From an uncultured Candidatus Rokubacteria bacterium (GTDB lineage Bacteria; Methylomirabilota; Methylomirabilia; Rokubacteriales; CSP1-6): a stretch of 64,000 nt of DNA. The notes beneath the pieces were generated by a model, which did no database searches, was not told the origin of the DNA, and saw only the letters and a list, made by a program, of their open reading frames with translations. Shown in pieces: positions 38,457-48,476 of this stretch. The position numbers and the translations under genes are program-made. The first letter of the stretch is position 1, and the number at the start of each line of letters is the position of its first letter. Where the stretch lies: assembly GCA_963762145.1 (NCBI GenBank), contig CAVXJS010000011.1:544001-608000 (forward strand), given 5' to 3'.

Positions 38457-39257
38457 TCAGGCGTTGGGAATCCAGGGCCAGTACTTGGCGATCGCGCCCG
38501 CGTCCACGCGGAGGTCGATGCCGGTGATCATCTCCGCGTCGTCGGAGGCCAGGAAGACCACCGCGCGGGCGTAGTGCCGCGGGCTCGGGAGCTTCCCCAT
38601 CGGCACCATCTTCGGGAAGTCGAGGCCGCGGGCGCGCGGCTCCGGCCGGGGCCGCCCCCAGGCCACCGTGCGATCGGCGGCCTCCTCGGTGTCGGTGGCG
38701 GTCGGGGTCAGGCTGTTCACCCGGATGCCGTGACGGGCCAGGTCCATCGCGGCGGCGCGCGTGAAGTTGAGCAGCCCGCTCTTGCTCGTCGAGTAGGCGA
38801 TGTTGCCGGCCTGGCCCTGGTGGCCGGCGGTGGACACCACCACCACGATCGTGCCGCGGCGGCGCTGCTCCACCATCAGCCGGGCCACGTGCTTGGTGCA
38901 GAGGAACGTCCCGGTGAGGTTGACCGCGAGCTGCCGGTTCCAGCGCTCCACCGGCATCTCGAGCACGCTCAGCCCGCCGAGGATGCCCGCGTTGTTGACC
39001 AGGATGTCCACTCCGCCGTAGACGTCCCGGACCTGGGCGACCATCGCCTCGACCTGCCCCTCGTCGGTGACGTCGCACGGGAGGCCCAGGGCCTCGCGAC
39101 CCCCGCGACGGATCGCCTCCGCGCACTGGAGCGCGTTGTCCCGGGTCACGTCCACGCACACCACGGTGGCCCCCTCCTCCGCGAGGCCCTCCGCGATGCC
39201 GCCGCCGATGTTGGGGCTGGTCCCGGTCACGATCGCGATCTTGCCGGCTAGACGCAC
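38457..39257 (-). CDS. Short-chain dehydrogenase/reductase
   Basis: GTG start; TGTSPNIGGG, NNAG, YSTSK, ITGIDLRVDAG. Confidence 0.88.
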   Translation of the reverse strand: MRLAGKIAIVTGTSPNIGGGIAEGLAEEGATVVCVDVTRDNALQCAEAIRRGGREALGLPCDVTDEGQVEAMVAQVRDVYGGVDILVNNAGILGGLSVLEMPVERWNRQLAVNLTGTFLCTKHVARLMVEQRRRGTIVVVVSTAGHQGQAGNIAYSTSKSGLLNFTRAAAMDLARHGIRVNSLTPTATDTEEAADRTVAWGRPRPEPRARGLDFPKMVPMGKLPSPRHYARAVVFLASDDAEMITGIDLRVDAGAIAKYWPWIPNA

Positions 39258-39268
39258 GAGAGCGCTCC

Positions 39269-40988
39269 TCAGCCGAGACCGCTGCGCAGCCCGAGCAGGC
39301 GGGCGAGCAGGGCCCCGGCCAGCGAGACGAACATGATGATGCAGGCCACCACCACCGCTTCCTCGAACTTGCGCTGGGCGACGTAGTCGAGCTGGAGGAT
39401 CGAGAGGGGCCGGTTGGCGGTGGTGGTGAGCAGCGCGAAGTTGCCGATGTTGCGGGCCGCGCCCACGAACGTGATCATGCCCACCGCGAGCAGGGTCGGG
39501 GCCATCAACCGCAGGATGATACGCCGATACGTCGTCCACCACGACGCGCCCGCGATCCGCGAGGCCTCTTCCAGCTCGGCCCCGAGCTGCAGGAGCCCGC
39601 TCCGGATGATCTGCACGCCGAGCGGCATGCCCGCGATGACCCCCGCGATGATCAGGAGCGCGGTGGTGCCGTAGAGCGGGCGGAGGAAGGCCACCCCGAG
39701 GAAGAGCCAGAGCAGGGCCAGGCCCAGGATGATGCCCGGCACCGTGAAGGGCAGCCAGGAGACGAAGTCGAGCAGGCGGCGGCCCGCGTAGGACGTGCGC
39801 ACGATGATGTAGGCGATGAGGGAGTGCACGAGGATGGCGACCAGCCGCGGTGCCGATCGAGAGGACGAGGGTGTTGTGCAGCGAGCGGAGGAACAGCTCG
39901 TCGCCGAGGACGGTCTGCCAGTTCGCGATCGTCCACGGGTCGGGCACGTGGAAGAAGCCGAAGAGCTTCATGAAGGTGCCGAGCAGCGCGAACGCCACCG
40001 GGACGCCGAGCACCACCAGCGACCAGCGCCAGCACGACGATCGTCGCCGGGCATGCGCGGCGCGGCCGAGCGCGTGGACCCGGCTCTGGAACTGGCCGGT
40101 GACCGTGGTGTAGCGCCGGCCCGCGCGTCAGCCACTGCTGGGCGAAGACGAGCGGGAGCATGGCGGCCAGGATCAGGACCGCGAGCGCGGTGGCCGCGTC
40201 GTAGCGGGGCACGCGGGTGACGAGCAGGTCGTAGATCATGGTGCTGAACACGAAGAAGCGGAACGGCAGGCCCAGCACCTGCTCGACCTCGAAGGTCTGC
40301 AGCGACACCATCGTGCCGAGCAGCAGCACCGACAGGATGGCGGGGGCCATGACCGGCACCGTGATGCGCAGCGCGGTGCGGAGCGTGCTCGCGCCGGCCA
40401 CCCGCGAGGCCTCCTCGAACGCCGCGTTCATGTTGCGGAAGGCGGGGGTCGAGAAGGATCACCTTGACCGTCAGGGAGCCGGTCACGACGTGGACCCAGA
40501 CGATGCCCCAGAACGAGTAGATGTTGAACGGGCCCGTGCCCACGAACGGCAGCGGCGGCGAGCGACGGTGTTGACGAGCCCGTACTCGGGATCGAGGAGC
40601 AGGATCCAGCTGAGCGTCACCGTGAACGGCGGCAGGAAGAAGGCGGCCCAGAACGCGAACTCGATCCAGCTCGCGGCCGGGCAGGTCGGTGCGCGCGAGC
40701 AGCCAGGCGATGAGCACCGCGAGCGGCAGCGAGAGGAGCTGCCGCGCGAAGGTGACGGTGAGCGTGTTCCGAGCGCGGCGCGCAGGCCCGGCTCGCCGAG
40801 CGCGGCCCGCCAGCCGTCGAGCCCGTAGCGGGCCGGCTGGCCCGGCGGCGCGACCTGAAGGCTCTGCAGCGACGACGAGGAGCAGCGGGAACACCACGCA
40901 GAGGGCGACGCGCGGCGAGGACGAGCGTGCACAGCACGCCTGCGAGCTCGAGGCGCCGCGGGCGCGGCGCGGCGAGCGCGTCGCTCAG
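39269..40988 (-). CDS. FbpB/ThiP-like two-domain ABC permease, multiple apparent frameshifts
   Basis: Two EAA loops (FEEASRVAGA, LEEASRIAGA); WLLARTDLPG; SWILLLDPEYG; 5' end approximate. Confidence 0.8.
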
Positions 40989-42138
40989 GCCGGCCACACG
41001 CTCACCAGCTCCGGCGGAAAGGCGAGGCGCACCCGCTCGCCCTCGCGCCACTCGCGCGCGCGGGTCAGGAGCAGCACGATGCGTGCTCGCCGCCCGAGCG
41101 TCACGCGGGCCTCGTAGCGGTCGCCCACGAAGGACAGGGCGTCGATGGCGCCGAGCAGGCGCGTGGGCATCCGGGCGAGCGCGGCGTCGTCCGGCGCGAC
41201 CCGGATGTCCTCGGGGCGGATCGCGACCGTCGCGGCCGACCCCGGCGCGAGGCGCGGCCTCCGCCGCGTTGCGGCCGGTGAGCGTGCAGCCGCCGAGCGT
41301 GCCGTTCATCGCCACCGTGACGGCACCCGCGGCGTGACCGGACGCGCGGGGCCGCGACGCGGCCGCGTCAGCAGCACGGTCTGGCCGAGGAAGTCGCGCA
41401 CGAAGGCGGAGGCGGGCCGCTCGTAGAGGGCGCGCGGCGAGCCGACCTGCTCGACGCGGCCGCGATGCATGACCGCGATGCGGTCGGAGAGGCTCAGCGC
41501 CTCGACCTGATCGTGGGTGACGAACAGCACCGTGATGCCGAGCCGGCGCTGCAGCAGCTTCACCTCCACCCGCATCTGCTCGCGCAGCTTGGCGTCCAGG
41601 TTGCTGAAGGGCTCGTCGAGCAGCAGCAGGTCCGGCTCGTAGACCAGCGCCCGGCAGAGGGCCAGGCGCTGCATCTGCCCGCCGCTCAGCAGCGTGGCCG
41701 GGCCGCGCGTCTCGAGTGCCGCTCGAGCCCGACCAGGCCCAGCACGCGGGCCACCTTGTCGCGGACCGCGGCCCGCGTGAGCCCGCGCAGCTGGAGCGGG
41801 TAGGCCACGTTCTCGAACACGGTCATGTGGGGCCAGATCGCGTAGGACTGGAAGACCATGCCGAGGTTGCGCTGGTTGGGCGGCACGAAGATGCCGGCGC
41901 GCCGCCGAGGCCACCACCCGGTCGCGCAGGGTGATCTCGCCCGCGTCGGGGTGCTCGAGCCCGGCCACGAGCCGCAGGGTGGTGGTCTTGCCGCAGCCGC
42001 TGGGGCCGAGCAGGGTGAAGACCTCGCCGCGCCTGATCGACGAGCGACGCCGAGTCCACCGCGGCCGCCTCGCCGAACAGCTTGCTGACGCCGTCGAGCG
42101 CGAGGACCGTCTCGCCGCGTCGGGCGCCGCGCCACCAT
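40985..42138 (-). CDS. FbpC/PotA-like ABC ATPase, apparent frameshifts
   Basis: GPSGCGKTT, MVFQSYAIWPHM, LSGGQMQR, LLLDEPFSNLD, VTHDQ. Confidence 0.88.
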
Positions 42139-42144
42139 GGCTCC

Positions 42145-43243
42145 TTACTTGATCACCGCTTTGGCGATGTCCTGGGTCTTGACGACCTCGGCCAGATTCT
42201 CCTCCGCGTCCACCTGCAGAGCTTCCGCCGTTGCGGGGCACCGCGATCTGGCGGATTGCCCGGCTCGACGCCGATCCGCCGGCTGTTCGTCTCGACCTCG
42301 CGCGCCCAGACGACCTGGGCGTCCTTGGTCAGCAGCCAGTTGATGAACACCTTCGCCGCGGCCGGATGCGGGGCCTGGTTGACGAGCCAGAGTGACGCTG
42401 CTGCTGGAGTTGACGGTGTCCATCTCGGGGAAGTGGAAGGTCTTGAGGTTCTTGCCGAGCCCTTGCTTCTGGAACTGGCTCGAGCAGCAGCGGGTTGACG
42501 CCGAGCGCGATCGGGATAGCGGCCCCGCACCATGAACTCGGCGATCTGGCGGGTGTCGCGGCTCAGCGCCGGCTCCTGGTCGACGAAGAGCTTCTTGATG
42601 ATGTCGTCGCCCAGGTTGAGGCGGGCGCTCGTCATCGGCCAGAACGCGTCGCCCATCGTGCGCACGTCGGGCAGCAGCAGCTTGCCCTTCCAGCTGGGAT
42701 TCAGCAGGTCGGTGAGTCCCTTGATCTGCTCTTCCTTCACCAGGTCGGTGTTGACGGTGATGCCCGCGCCGCGCGACCGCGACGAAGCCGTAGGCGAGCG
42801 CGCGGTCCTTCACCGAGGCGAAGCCGCGCTCGAAGCCGCCCTCCCAGCCCGCGTCGTCCTTGACCTCGGCATGCACGATGGCCGGGCCGGACCGGGTCCC
42901 AGACCCCGGCCGGGCGCAGCACCTGCAGCGCGGTGCTGGTGGGGATCGTGGCCACGTCCCAGGTGAAGAGGTTCGCCTGGCGCTCCTGCATGATGCGCGG
43001 CGCGAAGTCCTGCGAGTGCAGCCCGGTGTGCTCGAGCTTGATGTCGGGATACGCCTGGGTGAAGGCCTTGAGCGCCCGCTTGTAGCCGTCGCCGGGGAAG
43101 GTGTTGACGACGACCTTGCCCTCCTTCTTGGCTGCCGCGAGGACCTGCGGCCATTCCGGCGGCACATTGGCCGCGGCGGCGGGTCGGGCGAGCGACGCCG
43201 CGACGCCCACCAAGACCGCGCGCATCAACTGTCGCCGGCTCAT
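42145..43243 (-). CDS. Extracellular solute-binding protein (AfuA/FbpA-like), apparent frameshifts
   Basis: SRRQL leader; AAKKEGKVVV; DLLNPSWKGK; APHPAAAKVFINWLLT. Confidence 0.82.
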
Positions 43244-43325
43244 CCGTCGTCGGCCATCTCGATCCTTTCTGACACCGCGTGGCTGACACGGGTCGTGGTA
43301 GTCACGGGCGTGGCGGCGGCGCGAT

Positions 43326-44660
43326 TCAGCCCGCGGCCGGCGGCGCGGCGCTGCTCTTCGCCGCATCTGCTCCTGGAGGTACCGGACGGAGACCCGCTCG
43401 AGGGGCACCGCGTCCGGGGACAGGCCGTCGGGGTTCTTGTACTCGAACGGCGCGTCGCGGCCGCCGAACTGCTTGGTGACGACCAGCCGCCGCCACTGGA
43501 TGACCTCGGCGTCGGTGCCCGAGAGCTTCTCCGGGGTGTCGTAGCGCTGGTTGAGCATCACCCGCTCGTCCTGGCGCGAGAAGTTGTACTCGATGATCCA
43601 CCGGTGGAGCGCCGCGTAGACGAGCCGCTCCCAGATCCGCCCGAGCGCGGTCTTCGGCCGCGTGCAGTGGTAGTACCAGACGCGCGTCAGGTGCTCCTCC
43701 ACCGGCACGCACATGCGGGTGTAGAGATCCCAGCCGAACTCGGCGCGGAACATGCCGGGCAGGTGATGGCCGCCGCACCACCGCGCGGACCGCGGCGGGG
43801 GAATGTGGCGCCGCGCCCGGTCGGCGAGCGGCTGGGTCAGCCACGTCCAGAGGCGGCGGTAGTTGTCTTCGGCCACTTGCGGCCGTCGGCGTAGACGTCC
43901 TGGACGCGGGTTCTGGCGCATGTAGTTGCTCTCGGCGACGTCGCCGCCGAACCCGTTGCCCACGAAGATCGGGTGCTCGCCCTGCGCGCCGCGCGCGATG
44001 AAGCCGCTGCGCGTGACCACCACCGCGTTGCGGTGCACGTAGTTGACGTGCGAGTCCATCGAGTTCTCGAGCGCGACCTCCCAGTTGCACCGCCAGTGCA
44101 CCTGGCCGATGAGGACCAGCGCGCTCGTCGTCGAAGAACTCCTCGGGCACGTCCTCCTCGATCGGCGCGGGCGTCGCCGTCGCCGATCCACACGAAGACG
44201 AGGCCCTTGAGCGTGCGGGTCGGGATAGGCCTTCGCCTCGGTGCCGGCCTTGCCGCACACGCCCGAGTTCGGGCCCTCGGAGAGCACCATCACGTTCTTG
44301 CCCGACTCGTCGTAGACCCAGCCGTGATACGGGCAGGCCACCGTGCCCCGGTAGTGGCAGTCGCCCTCGCTCAGGCGCGCGCCGCGGTGCGGGCAGATGT
44401 CCTGGATGGCCGCCACGTCGCCGTTGGCGCCCGCGGAAGAGGCAGATCTCCTCGCCGAGCAGCGAGACCTTCACCGGCTTGCGCGATGCCCGACCGCGCG
44501 GTCGCTCGATGGCCGGATACCAGTAGTTGCGCAGGCCGAGCTTGGGGATCAGGTGGCGGATGTCGCCGCTGAGCTTCGGGGATCGCGCCGTTGCCGATCG
44601 CGGTGCTCGGGTCGCGCGACGTGCAGGTGGGACGTGGAGTTGCGAGGTAGGTGTCGGCAC
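43326..44660 (-). CDS. Rieske non-heme iron oxygenase alpha subunit, apparent frameshifts
   Basis: LGLRNYWYP; CPHRG...CPYHGW Rieske motif; NWEVALENSMDSHVNYVH iron motif; GAGGAG RBS before GTG 44660. Confidence 0.88.
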   Translation of the reverse strand: MPTPTSQLHVPPARRATRAPRSATARSPKLSGDIRHLIPKLGLRNYWYPAIERPRGRASRKPVKVSLLGEEICLFRGRQRRRGGHPGHLPAPRRAPERGRLPLPGHGGLPVSRLGLRRVGQERDGALRGPELGRVRQGRHRGEGLSRPARSRASSSCGSATATPAPIEEDVPEEFFDDERAGPHRPGALAVQLGGRARELDGLARQLRAPQRGGGHAQRLHRARRAGRAPDLRGQRVRRRRRREQLHAPEPASRTSTPTAASGRRQLPPPLDVADPAARRPGAAPHSPAAVRAVVRRPSPARHVPRRVRLGSLHPHVRAGGGAPDARLVLPLHAAEDRARADLGAARLRGAPPVDHRVQLLAPGRAGDAQPALRHPGEALGHRRRGHPVAAAGRHQAVRRPRRAVRVQEPRRPVPGRGAPRAGLRPVPPGADAAKSSAAPPAAG

Positions 44661-44680
44661 GCCGATCTCCTCTGCCTGCC

Positions 44681-45743
44681 TCAGGGCTTGAACGATGGCG
44701 AAGCACTTGTTCGAGTTGAACGACCACGTCTCGATGAAGTCGCACTCGTCCGGCTTGCGCCCCAGCTCCTCCATGGCGCCGGCGAGCATGTACCAGTTCA
44801 GCATCTCCTGCTGGCCCGACGTCTCGATGGCCGCGAGCGGCGTCTGGCGCCACGTCTCGTAGTCGCCCGACGCGGAGCGCCTCGTAGAGCCGCCGGTCGG
44901 ACTCGATGTCGGGGTAGAGCTGGTGGTGCTTGTCGGTGAGGAAGGCGTGCGACCAGCTCGACGAGGCGATGAGCGCGGTGCGCCACGGGCTGTCGCGCAT
45001 CGACCCGCGCGGTCGCCGCGCCCACCTCCATGCAGCGCTTCGGCGACGGCGACGGCGGGTCGAGGTCGGCGTCGCCGAGCGGGTGGGCGAGGCTGCCGCG
45101 GCCGCCGCGCTGGGCGATGACCCGGCGCCCGTAGCAGTTGACCTGGAACGCGATGACCGGGTAGGGGAAGCCGACCCGGTCGTAGTCGAGGAACATGATC
45201 GTGTTCAGGAACGCGTGGGCGAGGCCCGGGATAGTGCAGGGGCTTGTAGGCGTACGCCATGTCCACGCCCTGCTCGAGGAGCGCCGGTCGCGAGGTACTT
45301 GCCGGCCTGCCGGTGCCCGGCGATGCGGAAGGTGGTGTCGGCGGGCTCGCCCCAGACGTTGGGCGGCGACGCCGGCGCGCTGCCACGGGCGCGCCTCGAT
45401 CTGGTCGTAGGCGAGCACGCAGAAGGGCGGGATGACGTCCTCGGTGAAGTTCTCGTGCTGGTCGTCGCCCCAGATCGACCACGACGTCCGGGCGGAACTC
45501 GTCGAGGATGCTGCCGGGCGTGCCGGAAGTGGCGGAGCAGGCCTCGCGATGCCCGGCCGCGCTCGCGGTGCCGCCGTCGTCGCCGTACTCGCGCCGCATC
45601 GCGGCCGGCCAGCTCGCGGGATCGCGGTAGCGCTCCGGGAGGCCGGGGTCCTGCAGGACGCGGCGGAGGATGCCGGCCATGTTCTCGTCCAGGCCGGTGA
45701 GCGGCGGGTAGTGCGTCATGCCCAGGCCGAGAATCTCGCCCAT
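44681..45743 (-). CDS. LigB-like (class III) extradiol ring-cleavage dioxygenase, apparent frameshifts
   Basis: GLGMTHYPP, WGDDQHENF, GLAHAFLNT, ASSSWSHAF, GQQEMLNW, FNSNKCF. Confidence 0.82.
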
Positions 45744-45828
45744 GAGGGAGCCCTCCACGTCGGGTGCCAGCGCCTGCGCAACCCTAGTCCCCGGGGCCGG
45801 GGATTGTCAATCTACGCGACCGGCTCCG

Positions 45829-46593
45829 CTACTGCCCCCCGGTCACGTCGATGGTGACGCCGGTGACGAAGTCGGCGTCGGCCGAGGCCAGGAAGCAGAT
45901 GACCCGCGCCTGGTCCTCGGGGGTGGCGACCCGCCCCAGCGGGGTGCGCCCGATCTCGGCGGCCCGACCCTCCGCGGTGCGGCGCTCCCAGTGCGGCCGG
46001 ATGCGCTCGGAGAGCGTGAGGCTCGGGGCGATCGCGTTGACGGTGATGCCGTGGGGGCCCAGCTCGAACGCGAGCTTGCGGGTGAGGGCGATGATGCCGC
46101 CCTTCGCGGTGGCGTAGGCGCTCGAGCTCGACTGGCTGCGCCCGCGCCCGGCGATCGAGGAGAGGTTGACGATCTTGCCGCTCTGCTGCCGCTTCATCAC
46201 CGGGATCACCGCGTGCGAGAAGAGGAACGTTCCGGTCAGGTTGAAGTGGAGCAGCTTCTGCCACTCCTCGAGGGTGAGCTCGTCCAGGAGCGCGGCGGGG
46301 CGGCTCACCACGGTGCTGCCGCCCACCGCGTTGACCAGGATGTCGATGCGCCCGTAGGCGTCGACCGCCTGCCGGACCGCGCCCTCCACCGCCGCCGCGT
46401 CGAGGCCGTCGGCGCGGACCGCGAGCGCCCGCCCGCCCGCGGCGGTGACGTCGGCGGTCAGCCGGTCCAGCACCGCCGGCTCGAGGTCCACGCCCACCAC
46501 GGTCCCGCCCTCGCGCGCGATGATCATCGCGGTCGCGCGGCCGATGCCGGCTCCGGCCGCCGAGATCAGCGCCACCTTGCCCTGGAATCGCAT
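45829..46593 (-). CDS. Short-chain dehydrogenase/reductase
   Basis: AAGAGIG, NAVGG, YATAK, VTGVTIDVTGG. Confidence 0.92.
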   Translation of the reverse strand: MRFQGKVALISAAGAGIGRATAMIIAREGGTVVGVDLEPAVLDRLTADVTAAGGRALAVRADGLDAAAVEGAVRQAVDAYGRIDILVNAVGGSTVVSRPAALLDELTLEEWQKLLHFNLTGTFLFSHAVIPVMKRQQSGKIVNLSSIAGRGRSQSSSSAYATAKGGIIALTRKLAFELGPHGITVNAIAPSLTLSERIRPHWERRTAEGRAAEIGRTPLGRVATPEDQARVICFLASADADFVTGVTIDVTGGQ

Positions 46594-46634
46594 GCCGTCG
46601 TCCTCCCGGGCGGGATCATACCTCAGCGCGTAGA

Positions 46635-46823
46635 ATGGAGTCCGTGACCTACGACTGCGTGTTCTGCGGCGAGGAGAACGACGTCTTCGTGGATCCGAGC
46701 GGAGGGCGGCACCAGACCTTCACCGAGGACTGCACGGTGTGCTGCCGCCCCAACCTGATCACGCTCGAGATCGACGACGACGGCGACGTGCAGATCCAGG
46801 TCGTCCAGGAGTACGAGGCCTAG
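46635..46823 (+). CDS. Small cysteine-rich CPXCG-family Zn-ribbon protein
   Basis: CVFCGEEN..VDPSGG.HQTFTEDCTVCCRPN. Confidence 0.88.
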   Translation: MESVTYDCVFCGEENDVFVDPSGGRHQTFTEDCTVCCRPNLITLEIDDDGDVQIQVVQEYEA

Positions 46824-47794
46824 CGCGTCGAGGCGACCCGGGTGATGTAGTCGACGAAGCGGGCGGTCGGGTCGAAGCCGAGCACCTCCGGGGCGTTGGC
46901 CACGAAGTTCGACGTGGCGTTGATGTCGTAGTAGTAGATCTGCCCGTCGCGCCTGGCCACCAGGTACTCCACGCCGCCGATGTCGATGGAGGCGGCGCGC
47001 GTGAGCCGGAGCACGGTGTCGATGGCCTCCTGGGGGGCGTCGAAGCGCGTGACGGTGAGGCCCGACCGGGGCGCCGCGGGGCAGGCTTCGATCGGAGTGA
47101 CCGTGGGAGCGGTCGGCGCGTCGGGCACCTGGCAGATGTCGGCCGGGCACAGGTTGAAGCCGGCCTGCGGCTCCCGCACGATGCGGATCGCGTAGAGGTA
47201 GCGGCCGTCCATCACCTCCACCCGCACGATCGCGCCCTCGTCCGACTCGAGGTACTCCTGCACGAGCGCCGTCCCGTCGGGGCCGAAGTGAAGGTCGCCC
47301 AGGCCGGCTTCCAGATCCTCGCGTGAATCGAAGCGGACGATGCCCGCCCCCGAGCCGCCGACGTTCGGCTTGACCACGAGCGGGAAGGGGATCTGATCGA
47401 GGGCCTTCAGGATCTTGTCCCGGTGATTGACCACGACTGTTCTCGGATAGGGGGCGGCCATCCGCTCGAACAGATCGAGCTGGAGCGCCTTCGACTTCTC
47501 GCCGCGATAGGCCTGGACCGGGTTGATGACCGGCACGCCGAGCGAGGCGTAGTGGTTGAGCAGCGCCTCGGCATAGAACAGCACGCCGGCGTGCCCGCGG
47601 GTGGCCGACGAGGGACTCGTGCGGTTCACGATCACGGAGTAGCGGGGGTCCCGGTCGCGCGGGTCGTAGGCGTGATTGGAGTGATCCACCTTCTCGTACG
47701 GGAGCCGCCGGGCTTCGAGCTCGGCGATCAGACGGCTCGACCAGTCCGGGTGCTCGTCCAGGATCGCGATGGGACCGCGCAAGGTCGTGTTCAT
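46820..47794 (-). CDS. RimK/glutathione-synthase-like ATP-grasp ligase
   Basis: FPLVVKPNVGGSGAGI, LVQEY, GGVEYL, YDINATSNF. Confidence 0.85.
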   Translation of the reverse strand: MNTTLRGPIAILDEHPDWSSRLIAELEARRLPYEKVDHSNHAYDPRDRDPRYSVIVNRTSPSSATRGHAGVLFYAEALLNHYASLGVPVINPVQAYRGEKSKALQLDLFERMAAPYPRTVVVNHRDKILKALDQIPFPLVVKPNVGGSGAGIVRFDSREDLEAGLGDLHFGPDGTALVQEYLESDEGAIVRVEVMDGRYLYAIRIVREPQAGFNLCPADICQVPDAPTAPTVTPIEACPAAPRSGLTVTRFDAPQEAIDTVLRLTRAASIDIGGVEYLVARRDGQIYYYDINATSNFVANAPEVLGFDPTARFVDYITRVASTR

Positions 47795-47900
47795 ATGGGG
47801 CTCCTCGGCTATTACACTATTCTTGACCGGCAAAGAGGATAATGCCTACCAGCGCGGCGCCTGTCAAGCTGGAGCCCGGAGGACTTGTGCGGAGGGGGAC

Positions 47901-48374
47901 CTAGAGGCGGCGCGCGCCGACCCAGCGCGTCCGGAACCAGTCGTCGTCCAGCCGCGCGATCTTCACACCGCCCGGCTTGGTGGCATGGACGAATCGCCCG
48001 TCGCCCAGATAGATGCCGTTGTGGCGGAGCTGATTGAAGAAGACGACGTCGCCGGGCACCAGGCGATCGCGCGCGACCGGGACGCCGAGGCGGAACTGCT
48101 GCGCGGCATTGTGGGGAACCGCGACGCCGACCTGGCCGAAGGCATACATGACGAGGCCGGAGCAGTCGAAGCCGGACGGGCTCGCGCCGGCCCACACGTA
48201 GGGCGCGCCGAGATATCGGGTCGCCAGCCGCGCGGCGGTGGCATTGCGGGAAGGCGCGGACTCCACGGACGCCCCGGTGGTCGGGGAAGAATCCGGCGAG
48301 AGGACCTGCTTCGCGCAGCCGGTGACCGCAAGGCCGAGGGACAGGGCGAGGATGCCGCGGCGGAGCGCGCTCAT
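47901..48374 (-). CDS. NlpC/P60 (C40) peptidase lipoprotein
   Basis: VTGC lipobox; PYVWAG, FDCSGL, PGDVVFF, HNGIYLG. Confidence 0.92.
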   Translation of the reverse strand: MSALRRGILALSLGLAVTGCAKQVLSPDSSPTTGASVESAPSRNATAARLATRYLGAPYVWAGASPSGFDCSGLVMYAFGQVGVAVPHNAAQQFRLGVPVARDRLVPGDVVFFNQLRHNGIYLGDGRFVHATKPGGVKIARLDDDWFRTRWVGARRL

Positions 48375-48476
48375 CGTGGATCACCGTAGCACGAGCCGTC
48401 CGCGGATCGGGAGACCTGGGACGCGCGGGACGGCGCTTGCGACGCGGGGCCGCGCGCCCGTATACTTCGCGCACCC

